Shown here piece by piece: positions 19,036-27,734 of a DNA stretch of 64,000 nucleotides (the stretch's first letter is position 1; each line of letters opens with the position of its first letter). Origin of the DNA: Actinomycetota bacterium (GTDB taxonomy: Bacteria; Actinomycetota; UBA4738). The translations under genes were made by a program, and so were the position numbers. The stretch lies in assembly GCA_036259835.1 (NCBI GenBank), contig DATABA010000022.1:15087-79086 (forward strand), in the 5' to 3' direction. The notes below the pieces were generated by a model. That model was given only the letters and a program-made list of their open reading frames with translations. It made no database searches and was not told the origin of the DNA.

Positions 19036-19722
19036 GACGCTTCCCTCGTACGCCGGGGCTATCGCCACTTCGAGGTTGGCGAATGCACGCGCGAATGCCA
19101 GGCGTTCTTCTTGCTGAGGCGCGACCAGAAGGATGAGGGTGGTGGATGGCGAACTGCCCGCAGCGCCGGCATCAAATCCGCCCTGCTCTTCCGACGTTGC
19201 CCTGAAGTCTCCGCCCCGCAAGACGAACAGGACCTCCACACCACTCACGACGACCTCCGTGTGCGGCTGTCCGGACGCGAACGTGGCGAGCACGTCGACG
19301 TGGTCTCCGGCGCGAACGGTGCCGGCAGGTAATGACGTTGGTACGGCGAAGGCCCGGAGCCCCTCGGGAACGAGCGACGCCACCGGACCTGCCCGTACGC
19401 GAGCCAGCCGATGATCGGTCACCACCTCACCCTTGAGCAGATCCCCGAGAGCGACCCGGCCGGCAGCTTGCGAAACCTTGGAAAGCGGTCGCGGCGGCAC
19501 ATACTCTTCGGGCATGTGGACCACCGAAACATGACCCGGGGCGATCGGTGTTCCCCGCCTCACGTCTTGAGCAACCACCAGGACGGGAACCCGCACCCCG
19601 CTGTCTCCGGCGCGCGCCTCGAGGCGCCGGAGAAACGAGTGGACCATGACCCCAGCCAGCAGAGCGAGGGTGACGGAACCGCTGAGGAAGATCCACGACG
19701 GCCTCGCCGAACCCCTTCGCAT
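19024..19722 (-). CDS. CpaB/RcpC-like SAF-domain protein (Flp pilus assembly family), orphan
   Basis: An N-terminal TM segment is followed by VPVLVVAQDVRRGTPIAPGHVSVVHMPEEYVPP (SAF-like) and LRAFAVPTS...GDHVDVLAT. No other tad/cpa genes are in the window. Confidence 0.6.
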   Translation of the reverse strand: MRRGSARPSWIFLSGSVTLALLAGVMVHSFLRRLEARAGDSGVRVPVLVVAQDVRRGTPIAPGHVSVVHMPEEYVPPRPLSKVSQAAGRVALGDLLKGEVVTDHRLARVRAGPVASLVPEGLRAFAVPTSLPAGTVRAGDHVDVLATFASGQPHTEVVVSGVEVLFVLRGGDFRATSEEQGGFDAGAAGSSPSTTLILLVAPQQEERLAFARAFANLEVAIAPAYEGSVSGL

Positions 19723-19836
19723 TCCGTGTCCTTACGACGCGTGACTCCCGATCACGCGTGACCGTAAAGAAGGAAGCGCCCATACGGCTATGAAAAACCT
19801 CACACCGACTGCAGAAAGAGCGCCAGAAACGGAGAG

Positions 19837-20652
19837 CTATGCCTCGAACCTGGCGTTCTCGAGGGCGTTGGCGCAGGGGCAGTCGCGCCCTTCGGGGACC
19901 TTGGAGATCATTCGAAACAGCAGATCGCGTAGTCGCCCCAGGTTCTCCTGGAAAACCTTGATGACCTCTTCGTGGCTGACCGGGGCGGTTTCCCCAACCA
20001 CGCCCACGTCGTAGTCGGTCACGACCGAGATGTTCGCGTAGCAGATCTCCAGTTCCCGAGCCAGGATCGCCTCGGGATGCTGCGTCATGTTGATGAGCTC
20101 CCATCCCTGCTGTGCGTAGTGATGAGACTCCGCGCGGGTCGAGAAGCGGGGCCCCTGCACCACCACGACGGTGCCTCGGTTGTGCACTGGTAGGTCCATC
20201 GCGCGCGCCTGCTCGAGGGCAACCTCACGCATGGTCGGGCAGTAGGGGTCGGCGAACGAGACGTGTGTCGTCTCGGGCCCGTCATAGAAGGTCGAATCGC
20301 GTCCGGTGGTCCTGTCGACGAGCTGATCCGCGATGGCGAAGTCGCCGGGCTTCACACCGGGCTGGAGAGACCCGACCGCGCACGGTCCGACGATCCGTTC
20401 CACCCCCAATTGCTTCAGCGCCCACGCGTTCGCCCGATACGGGATCATGTGCGGGGGAAACTGGTGCTTGGCGCCGTGGCGGGGGATGAACGCGACTCGA
20501 GTTCCCTCGACTGTGCCGATGGCGATCGGCGCCGAAGGCTTCCCCCACGGTGTCTCGGCCTCCATTTCTTCGACGTCATCGAGAAAGGCGTAGAAGCCGG
20601 ATCCTCCGAATACGCCGAGTCGGACCGGATCTCCATCGGGGGAACGGTTCAG
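19837..20652 (-). CDS. mtnP: S-methyl-5'-thioadenosine phosphorylase
   Basis: GVFGGSGFY, FIPRHGAKHQFPPHMIPYRANAWALKQLG and MTQHPEAILARELEICYANISVVTDYD are all present. The start is unresolved, because no ATG/GTG/TTG lies just upstream of the GGSG motif. I placed it at CTG 20652 (see finding). Confidence 0.8.
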   Translation of the reverse strand: MNRSPDGDPVRLGVFGGSGFYAFLDDVEEMEAETPWGKPSAPIAIGTVEGTRVAFIPRHGAKHQFPPHMIPYRANAWALKQLGVERIVGPCAVGSLQPGVKPGDFAIADQLVDRTTGRDSTFYDGPETTHVSFADPYCPTMREVALEQARAMDLPVHNRGTVVVVQGPRFSTRAESHHYAQQGWELINMTQHPEAILARELEICYANISVVTDYDVGVVGETAPVSHEEVIKVFQENLGRLRDLLFRMISKVPEGRDCPCANALENARFEA

Positions 20653-20987
20653 GCCGACTTCTCCTTGCTGCCGCCCGAGGACGCGCTTGCCGGCGTTTCC
20701 TTGGACCCGCCGGACGCGGCTGTGTCCTTCGATTTCTCTTTCGAGCCCGTCTTCGGCGTGTCCCCCGCGCCGTCGCCCGAAGACCCCTCGCCCCCGCCGC
20801 TCTTGGCGGCAGCGCGTGAGTCGGTGGCATAGAACCCGGACCCCTTGAACAGGATCCCCGCGGGGTGGAAGACCTTTCGGAGAGGTCCACCGCACACGCC
20901 GCAGTCACGAAGCGGCTCGTCGCTGAACCGCTGGTAGACCTCGATGTGCGAGCCACACGACTGGCACGCGTACTCATACGTCGGCAT
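20649..20987 (-). CDS. FmdB-family zinc-ribbon protein
   Basis: MPTYEYACQSCGSHIEVYQRFSDEPLRDCGVCGG, followed by a Ser/Gly/Lys-rich tail. Trimmed to the Met at 20987. Confidence 0.8.
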   Translation of the reverse strand: MPTYEYACQSCGSHIEVYQRFSDEPLRDCGVCGGPLRKVFHPAGILFKGSGFYATDSRAAAKSGGGEGSSGDGAGDTPKTGSKEKSKDTAASGGSKETPASASSGGSKEKSA

Positions 20988-21078
20988 GAATCGATTATAG
21001 AAGTGGCCTGTCGCGATTCCTCTGCTGGACGACGCGAGGCATTGCCGCTCCGGCCGGTGGGCTAGACTCGCTCGCCAT

Positions 21079-21954
21079 ATGAAGGTCAAGAAAGCGGTGA
21101 TCCCCGCGGCGGGCCTGGGGACCAGGTTCCTCCCCGCGACGAAATCTCAGCCGAAGGAAATGCTCCCGCTGGTGGACAAGCCGGCCATTCAGTACGTCGT
21201 TGAAGAGGCCGTCACCGCCGACCTCCGCGACATCCTGATTATCACGGGGCGGGGGAAGCGAACCATCGAGGACCACTTCGATCGGTCCTTCGAGCTCGAG
21301 CACCGTCTGGAGCAGGGTGGCAAATACGAAGAGCTCAAGGAAGTTCGAAAGATCTCGGAGATGGCCGCGATGCACTACATCCGGCAAAAGGATCCACAGG
21401 GGCTCGGGCACGCTGTCTCCCTCGCTGAACCGCACGTGAACCGCGAGCCGTTCGCGGTTCTCCTGGGCGACGACATCATCGGCTCCGGAAGCTTGATTCG
21501 GGAAATGCTCGACCTCTACGACCGGTACGGGCGCAGCTTGATCGCCGTCAAGGAGGTCCCGCGCGCGGAGATCAACCTGTACGGCGCGGTGGAACCGGAG
21601 TTCGTGGAAGACAACCTGGCCCGGATCATCCAGATCGTGGAGAAGCCTTCCCCTGAGGCGGCGCCGTCGAATCTGGCCGCCATCGGACGGTACGTCTTGA
21701 CACCGGAAATCTTCGACGCACTCCGTGAGACGCCGCCCGATGAGCGCGGAGAGGTTCAGTTAACGGACGCGTTGAACCTCCTGGCGCAGCAGCAGACGGT
21801 CTACGCGTATATCTATGAGGACGTCCGGTACGACATCGGGAAGAAGCTCGACTTCCTGCGCGCCACCATCGAGCTGGCCATCGACCGGGACGACCTCGGC
21901 TCCGAGTTTCGGACGATCCTCGCCGAGCTCGTTCAGCGAAAGAACATTCTCTAG
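21079..21954 (+). CDS. galU: UTP--glucose-1-phosphate uridylyltransferase
   Basis: KAVIPAAGLGTRFLPATKSQPKEMLPLVDKPAIQYVVEE and EKP...APSNLAAIGRYVLTP. Confidence 0.9.
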   Translation: MKVKKAVIPAAGLGTRFLPATKSQPKEMLPLVDKPAIQYVVEEAVTADLRDILIITGRGKRTIEDHFDRSFELEHRLEQGGKYEELKEVRKISEMAAMHYIRQKDPQGLGHAVSLAEPHVNREPFAVLLGDDIIGSGSLIREMLDLYDRYGRSLIAVKEVPRAEINLYGAVEPEFVEDNLARIIQIVEKPSPEAAPSNLAAIGRYVLTPEIFDALRETPPDERGEVQLTDALNLLAQQQTVYAYIYEDVRYDIGKKLDFLRATIELAIDRDDLGSEFRTILAELVQRKNIL

Positions 21955-22059
21955 GCGATGTGGGATCCACGAGGTACCCAGGCTGATTCCCCCGTGCGAC
22001 AGTCGCGGGGGTCGTCGGACCTGCGACAGCTCCGCCGTGCGGGGACGGATCCGGGCGAA

Positions 22060-23283
22060 ATGCGGCAGGTCGAGGCAGTTCGCAACTCGATCCTCGACCG
22101 GATTCCGGTCCTTGCGCCCATCGACCTGCCCTTGCAAGAGGCGTTCGGTTGTGTCCTGGCTGCCGACGTGGTGGCGGACGAAGACGTGCCGACGTTTTCG
22201 TCTTCAGGGATGGACGGCTTCGCCGTTCGAGCCGCCGACGTCGCCGAGGCCACTCGAGACGACCCCGTCACGCTCCAGATCGTGGGGCGGGCTCCGGTCG
22301 GTAGGCAGCCCGAGGGAACCGTTGGGACGGGAGAGGCGGTCCGGATCGCAACCGGGGCTCCAATTCCCGCCGGAGCCGACGCCATCGTCCCGGTGGAGCA
22401 CGCGCTCCTAGAGGGAGAACGGGTCCACGTCCTCCAGGCGGTTCCGCAGGGCAGCTACATTCGCCCGACCGGGGAGGACGTTCGGGCCGGTGAGCTCCTG
22501 GTCCCGCAGGGGCGAAGGCTCTCCGCTCCGGAAATCGGCCTTCTGGCATCCGCGGGTCACGGCTCGGTACAGGTCCATCCCCGGCCCCGGGTCGTGGTGA
22601 TCTCGACGGGAAACGAGCTGGTTGAGCCGGGCCGGCCCGCTCCGTTCGGGATGGTCCGCGACGCGAACTCCTACACGCTGCTCGGGGCGCTGCGGGAGGT
22701 GGGAGCGGTGCCATACCTCGCCGGGATCATTCGCGACGACGTCGACGCCCTGAAGGAGGAGGTGCTCGGGCTGGCCCTTCGCGCCGACTGCTTCATCAGC
22801 TCGGGAGGTGTTTCGGTCGGCGAAGGCGACGTGGTCAAGAAGGCGTTCCACCGCCGAGGCGAAGTGGACTTCTACCGTGTCGCGATGCAGCCCGGCATGC
22901 CGCAGGGCTTTGGGAAGATCGACCAGACGCCGTTCTTCGGCCTCCCCGGAAATCCGGTGTCGGTTTTCGTCTCGTTCGAGGTCTTCATCCGTCCCGCCCT
23001 GCTCAAGATGATGGGACGGACCGACATCTTTCGGCCGGAGGTATGGGCCACACTGGAGACCGACATCTCCGGGCCGGCGGACAAGATCCAGTTCGCACGG
23101 GTCCGCGTGTGGCGTGACCGAGCGCGGTGGCGGGCGGCGAGCACCGGGGGGAGAGGCTCGAACCTCCTGGCGACGGTATCGAAGGCAAACGGTCTGGCCA
23201 TCATCCCGGTCGGCACCGACACGGCCACCGCCGGCTCGCGGGTCCGCGTGATGCTGTTCCGGGCCCTGGACGCGGGGGAGTAG
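22060..23283 (+). CDS. moeA: MoeA/gephyrin-family molybdopterin molybdotransferase (possible Glp-type paralog)
   Basis: SSSGMDGFAVRA, ISSGGVSVGEGDVV and GLPGNPVSVFVSFEVFIRPAL. Start chosen at ATG 22060; the track ORF begins at 21958. Confidence 0.8.
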   Translation: MRQVEAVRNSILDRIPVLAPIDLPLQEAFGCVLAADVVADEDVPTFSSSGMDGFAVRAADVAEATRDDPVTLQIVGRAPVGRQPEGTVGTGEAVRIATGAPIPAGADAIVPVEHALLEGERVHVLQAVPQGSYIRPTGEDVRAGELLVPQGRRLSAPEIGLLASAGHGSVQVHPRPRVVVISTGNELVEPGRPAPFGMVRDANSYTLLGALREVGAVPYLAGIIRDDVDALKEEVLGLALRADCFISSGGVSVGEGDVVKKAFHRRGEVDFYRVAMQPGMPQGFGKIDQTPFFGLPGNPVSVFVSFEVFIRPALLKMMGRTDIFRPEVWATLETDISGPADKIQFARVRVWRDRARWRAASTGGRGSNLLATVSKANGLAIIPVGTDTATAGSRVRVMLFRALDAGE

Positions 23284-23290
23284 CGAGACC

Positions 23291-23749
23291 TTGTCCGAAC
23301 CGGCCGCCCGGATGGTCGAGGTGGGGGCCAAGGACTCAACCGCGCGCGAGGCCACCGCGGAGTGCGTGATTCAGATGACGCCCGAAGCGTGCTCCACCGT
23401 TGTGGGCGGAACGCCGAAGGGCAACCCTCTGGAGGCGGCGAAGGTCGCCGGCCTCCTCGCGGCGAAGCGTACGCCGGAACTCTTGCCGTATTGCCATCCA
23501 GTGACGCTCACCGGAGGCGCCGTCCTCGTTGAACCCGATCCCGAGAGCGGCGCCATCCGCGTCGAAGCGACGATCACGGCCACCGACCGCACCGGTGTGG
23601 AGATGGAGGCGTTGACCGCGGCTGCCGTCGCGGCGCTCTCCCTCTACGACACCGTGAAGGCCTACGACCGCTCCGCGGAGATCACCGCGCTTCGCCTGGT
23701 GTCCAAGACCGGCGGAAAGAGCGGGCCGTACCGCAGGTCGGCTCCGTAA
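23291..23749 (+). CDS. moaC: Cyclic pyranopterin monophosphate synthase
   Basis: MVEVGAKDSTAREA..., LPYCHPV and TGVEMEALTAAAVAALSLYD. Confidence 0.85.
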   Translation: MSEPAARMVEVGAKDSTAREATAECVIQMTPEACSTVVGGTPKGNPLEAAKVAGLLAAKRTPELLPYCHPVTLTGGAVLVEPDPESGAIRVEATITATDRTGVEMEALTAAAVAALSLYDTVKAYDRSAEITALRLVSKTGGKSGPYRRSAP

Positions 23750-23873
23750 GAGCTCTCTCGCACCAATTCGACAATCAAGGGACAGGCAAATCCTTGATCC
23801 GGTCCTATGCCGTGCTACGTTGCGGTTCCAGGCTCGATAGCAGCGGTCGGCCACAACGATCGCGGGGAGGCCT

Positions 23874-24557
23874 GTGCTCGGCTGGCTTTTGTTCGCCCTT
23901 TTGGGCATTATCTGGATTGCCTTCCTCCTTCCCCGCAAGCACTCTTCCCCGCTTGGGAGCGCGAAGGACTTCGAGAGAACGTTGAATCTCCTGGCGGAGG
24001 CAAACAGGACCGTTTCCGGACGGTGGGTGCTGGTGCCCCCGAAGGGTCGGGTGCTGGACGGCGGGCAGACCTCGCGCCGGATTCGGGCGCGCCGGCGTCG
24101 GCGGCTGCTCTTCGTCCTGATGGCCGACGGGGCGCTGATGACGGGAATCATGGGAGCGTTCCCGGGCCTTCGGCCGATGCTCTTCGGAACTGCCTTCCTT
24201 TCTTCCTTGCTGCTCCTGTACACCGGTTTGCTGGCCGCAATCGCCGCCCATGAGCGCGCCGAGACCCGCCGGCGGAGGGCGCGCGCCTTGCTGGAGCAGC
24301 GCCCGCGCGTGATGAGCCGGTACACGGCAGTCCCGAACCGAAACGGGAACGGCCAACCCGCCCTCGAGGGAAATGGACACCCGGGGGGCAATGGGAAGGG
24401 ACACCGAAGCGGCAACGGCAACGGGCACTGGACCATCGCCGTCTCCGACGGACGCAAGATGGCGGCCACGGCGTTCGAGGACTCCGACGACGACGTCCAC
24501 GTCGTCGTTCGGCGGGCGCCGGCCCGAAGCCGAGGAGCGATGCGGTCGGCCGGTTAG
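23874..24557 (+). CDS. Membrane protein, candidate GlpR/SepX-like divisome receptor
   Basis: An N-terminal TM segment (LGWLLFALLGIIWIAFLLP), a basic linker, two more TM helices and a disordered Asn/Gly-rich tail. Its position downstream of galU-moeA mirrors the actinobacterial glp-glpR locus. Confidence 0.4.
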   Translation: MLGWLLFALLGIIWIAFLLPRKHSSPLGSAKDFERTLNLLAEANRTVSGRWVLVPPKGRVLDGGQTSRRIRARRRRRLLFVLMADGALMTGIMGAFPGLRPMLFGTAFLSSLLLLYTGLLAAIAAHERAETRRRRARALLEQRPRVMSRYTAVPNRNGNGQPALEGNGHPGGNGKGHRSGNGNGHWTIAVSDGRKMAATAFEDSDDDVHVVVRRAPARSRGAMRSAG

Positions 24558-24593
24558 CGAGCCCCGTCCGGGTATAGAAGAATCGGTCTCTCC

Positions 24594-25226
24594 TTGGACC
24601 TCAGCGCGCTCTCTCCGTCATTTCAGCGGCGGTTCGAAGAAAAGACCGCAGCCCGCGAGAAGGCGCTTTCCGCTTCCCGCCGATCCATTCGCGCCTCGGC
24701 GAACGCCATTCGCGCCACCCACCGCCGGGACTTCGAACAGGCAGAGCAGCTCATGGCCGACTCACGTGCCGCACTGGACAGCGGGAAGGACGCGGTGGCG
24801 AGTCAACTCGACGTCTACTACGCCGGCTTTCTCCAGGATGCGCAGAAGGAGTACGCCGAAGCGCGGTTGACGAACGCGGTCGTGCAAAATGCCGACCTGC
24901 CGTCTCCAGACGATCTGGACGTGGAGCTGGCGCCATACCTCAACGGCATGGCCGAGACGATCGGCGAAGCGCGGAGGGCCATCCTGGACCTGTTGCGGCG
25001 AGGCGATGTCGTGGAGAGCGAGCGGATCCTCACCGCCATGGAGGACATGTTCTACGTGCTGGTTTCAATGGACTTTCCCGATGCGATCACCGGCAACCTT
25101 CGCCGTTCAACCGACGTCGCCAGGAGCATCATGGAACGAACAAGGGGCGATCTCTCCATCACGCTCGTCCAGCGGAACCTTCAGGAGGCGCTGGAGCGGC
25201 ACGCCCGCGGCCTTCAGGACGGCTAG
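24594..25226 (+). CDS. Translin-family protein
   Basis: An all-helical 210-aa protein. YYAGFLQDAQKEYAEA and YLNGMAETIGEARR resemble translin/TRAX signature helices. Confidence 0.5.
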   Translation: MDLSALSPSFQRRFEEKTAAREKALSASRRSIRASANAIRATHRRDFEQAEQLMADSRAALDSGKDAVASQLDVYYAGFLQDAQKEYAEARLTNAVVQNADLPSPDDLDVELAPYLNGMAETIGEARRAILDLLRRGDVVESERILTAMEDMFYVLVSMDFPDAITGNLRRSTDVARSIMERTRGDLSITLVQRNLQEALERHARGLQDG

Positions 25227-25245
25227 TCGCCCCAGGCTAACTGCC

Positions 25246-25503
25246 CTATCTGACCAGTTTCTTCGCCTCGTCGGGCGGAGGAGCGTGATCAACGACCTCG
25301 ACGCCGTCACGCAGGCTGTACTTGAGCGCGTCGATCAGCGTTTTCCACTCGCTCTCGGTCATGGTGAGCGTGCCTGCGAACGTCAGGTGGTCGTCGAACC
25401 CGGTCAGCATGTTGACGGTCACCGCCGACTCGTTTCCCTTGACTCGAGCGGGGTACCGGCCGAGGATCGAGAACTGGTACCTGTACTTCCGGTCTTCTCC
25501 CAT
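25246..25503 (-). CDS. Small hypothetical protein (85 aa)
   Basis: GGAGA lies upstream of the Met at 25503, which is 10 nt after the stop of the upstream gene. No family recognised. Confidence 0.4.
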   Translation of the reverse strand: MGEDRKYRYQFSILGRYPARVKGNESAVTVNMLTGFDDHLTFAGTLTMTESEWKTLIDALKYSLRDGVEVVDHAPPPDEAKKLVR

Positions 25504-25513
25504 CGCGGGCTCC

Positions 25514-26314
25514 TTACACGATTCGTAGCTTGGAGAGAAACCTTGCCGCGAGTTCCTGGTCGCCGTCCACTCGGATGGTCCCACTGGTCCTGAGATCGTC
25601 GAAACTGTCGCGTCCGGCCGCCGCCATCAGGAACGCCGGTGCCGGGGCGACGATGCGCGCCGCTACCTCACCCGAAACTGACCCAGAACCGTCCGGACCG
25701 AACTGTTTGGTGGCCAGGTCGAAGTTCCATTCCGGGATCGCAACGCCCTCGAGCTCAACGACCAGCCGGCCTCTCCCGCCATCCAGCAGGTGAATGGTCT
25801 GGAGGCCGATCGCGGTGAGAAGGAACTCGGTCGCCGCCTCGGCGTCGACGTCTTCGTCTGACATGCCGAGCGCGCGCCGGACGTCTTGGCGGTGGATCCA
25901 TTCGTCGTAGGCTCGAACCCAGACGTAGATCCCGAGCGGTCCTCGGCCCCACGGGCTCGGAAGCCGAGGCCGATACGCGGGCGCCGGAAGAGCGGCCGCA
26001 AGGCGAATGAACCGGCGTCCCCATCGATCCAGTCCCATCAGCAACTCCGGGACCGGTCGGTTCGCCCACTTAGGGACCTGTCGTTCGTTCCATGCCTCGA
26101 CCTTGTCGGTGTTCTTCGCAAGCAGAATCGCCGGAAGGATCGCGCCCGTCACCGCTGCCTGGTCGGTCGAAACGAGATGCGCGACCACCTCTCGTACGCG
26201 CCACCCCGGAAGTGCGGTTGGCGTGTCGAATCGGTCGGGGTCAAGGCTGCGCAGCAGCGACAATGTGGCTCGGCGTTCGCCCCTAACGGCTCGAAGAATG
26301 TCGTCCTTATTCAC
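25514..26314 (-). CDS. Maleylpyruvate isomerase-family mycothiol-dependent enzyme (DinB-like N-domain plus SCP2-like C-domain)
   Basis: RRATLSLLRSLDPDRFDTPTALPGWRVREVVAHLV is the TIGR03083-type N-terminus. Confidence 0.65.
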   Translation of the reverse strand: MNKDDILRAVRGERRATLSLLRSLDPDRFDTPTALPGWRVREVVAHLVSTDQAAVTGAILPAILLAKNTDKVEAWNERQVPKWANRPVPELLMGLDRWGRRFIRLAAALPAPAYRPRLPSPWGRGPLGIYVWVRAYDEWIHRQDVRRALGMSDEDVDAEAATEFLLTAIGLQTIHLLDGGRGRLVVELEGVAIPEWNFDLATKQFGPDGSGSVSGEVAARIVAPAPAFLMAAAGRDSFDDLRTSGTIRVDGDQELAARFLSKLRIV

Positions 26315-26681
26315 GCGTGCTCCCTGGGGTTGGCTCAGGCGGTGGAGTGTTGGCAGGTGGCGATACCGGCGGTTGCTCCCCCAGTGACATCTTCTCCGTT
26401 CCGGTGTCCGTTACTGACGTCGCCTCTTGCGGTGTGGAAGGCTCGCGGAGAAGAACCGCCCGCCGTTCCAGGAACTCCTCCCGTGTTATTTCGCCACTCG
26501 CATACCGCTCTTCCAGGATTCTCAGCGCAGATGGGGTGGCGAACCGGTCACGGAGCCGTGGTGCATCATTTCGTAGCAGTAGGACCCCGCCGACGATCAG
26601 CGCGACCCAGAACAGCATGCCGGCGAGGGGAAAGACCCACCCCCATGTCCATCCGGTGTCCCACGCCCAGTTGAACGGCAT
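26307..26681 (-). CDS. SHOCT-domain membrane protein
   Basis: A Trp-rich TM N-terminus, then LRILEERYASGEITREEFLERRAVL (SHOCT). Confidence 0.65.
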   Translation of the reverse strand: MPFNWAWDTGWTWGWVFPLAGMLFWVALIVGGVLLLRNDAPRLRDRFATPSALRILEERYASGEITREEFLERRAVLLREPSTPQEATSVTDTGTEKMSLGEQPPVSPPANTPPPEPTPGSTRE

Positions 26682-26992
26682 CAGCGTCTCGCCAGGTCCA
26701 TGCGGATCTGCTCCAGCTCTTCGGCCGAGATCTCTCCTCGAGCGAAACGTTCCTCCGCGATCCTGAGCGCCGACTGACGCCGATGCGTCTGCGAATCGAC
26801 CGGTACGGGCGAGCCCTTAGGCAGAACGATCCAGAGGACGACGTAGAGCAAGATGCCCACACCCTCTAACAGCGCGAGGACAACGAACACGATCCGGACA
26901 AGCGTGGCGTCCACGCCGAAGTACTCGGCGATGCCCCCGCAGACGCCGGCGATCCGCTTGTCGGTTTCTGATCGCGTCAGCCGAGCTTGCAT
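26681..26992 (-). CDS. PspC-domain membrane protein with C-terminal SHOCT motif
   Basis: RIAGVCGGIAEYFGVDATLVRIVFVVLAL (PspC) and LRIAEERFARGEISAEELEQIR (SHOCT). The start may instead be 27028. Confidence 0.7.
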   Translation of the reverse strand: MQARLTRSETDKRIAGVCGGIAEYFGVDATLVRIVFVVLALLEGVGILLYVVLWIVLPKGSPVPVDSQTHRRQSALRIAEERFARGEISAEELEQIRMDLARR

Positions 26993-27075
26993 AGTTTGAT
27001 CGTGTCGCATGGCGCCCGGCAGCGTCAAAAGACACGCTAACCAGCGGAAAGGCCTCTGTTAACCTAACTAGCCCC

Positions 27076-27150
27076 GGGGGTGTAGCTCAGTGGTAGAGCG
27101 CTGCCTTCGCACGGCAGAGGTCGTCGGTTCGACTCCGATCACCTCCACCA
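27076..27150 (+). tRNA. tRNA-Ala (anticodon CGC), CCA encoded
   Basis: GGGGGTGTAGCTCAGTGGTAGAGCGCTGCCTTCGCACGGCAGAGGTCGTCGGTTCGACTCCGATCACCTCCACCA. It has the G3:U70 Ala identity pair and anticodon loop TTCGCAC. Confidence 0.9.
27110..27149 (+). repeat. attL-like copy of the direct repeat (inside tRNA-Ala)
   Basis: cacggcagaggtcgtcggttcgactccgatcacctccacc recurs at 43044-43083 with 39/40 identity. Confidence 0.8.
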
Positions 27151-27359
27151 CTCGAACTCGCAGGCCAGAGCCGGTTTTCACCACTTCCGGACGCGAGCGC
27201 CACGACTTCGGACCTACCCTCAGGCGGCAAACAGGCGGCATCACCCGCCATTTCGTCCAGCCGCTCGGCTAGTCGCTCCTCAACAGACGGGAACAGGTGC
27301 CCGTAGATGTTGAGCGTCGTAGTGATCGAGGCGTGACCGAGACGTGCCATGATTTCCAC
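27151..27359 (-). pseudogene. Tyrosine recombinase (phage-type integrase) C-terminal remnant
   Basis: The translation VEIMARLGHASITTTLNIYGHLFPSVEERL contains the conserved LGH...T...Y catalytic-Tyr box. An in-frame TGA sits immediately upstream, so about 300 N-terminal codons are missing. Confidence 0.75.
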
Positions 27360-27734
27360 TGTTCATTCCGATTCTTGAACTCAATGTGGGTGCTTCGGCG
27401 CCTCTCATCGTTGAATCATTCACGCGACACACGCCAACTGGGCTGAGGGTCAGCTAGTGGGACGGAATGCAGCGAGCTGACCATCCAAACCGATCCTCAC
27501 TCATTGCCATAGTTGTCGTACTCGTAACCCAGATTCTGGTCCGGGGGGGCGGTCGCCGTGACCTACCTGGTAACCCGACCGGACCCGGTCGATCCCCGCG
27601 AGGGCGCTTGCATTCAGAGCGGCCGTAGGTGGGACCGCGCCCTTGAGTTCTGTGCCCCACCGGGGTTTTAGGGCGAGCGTTCAACCACTATTCCGCGACT
27701 CCAATCCGGACCGTGATAGAGACGTCGAATTGCT

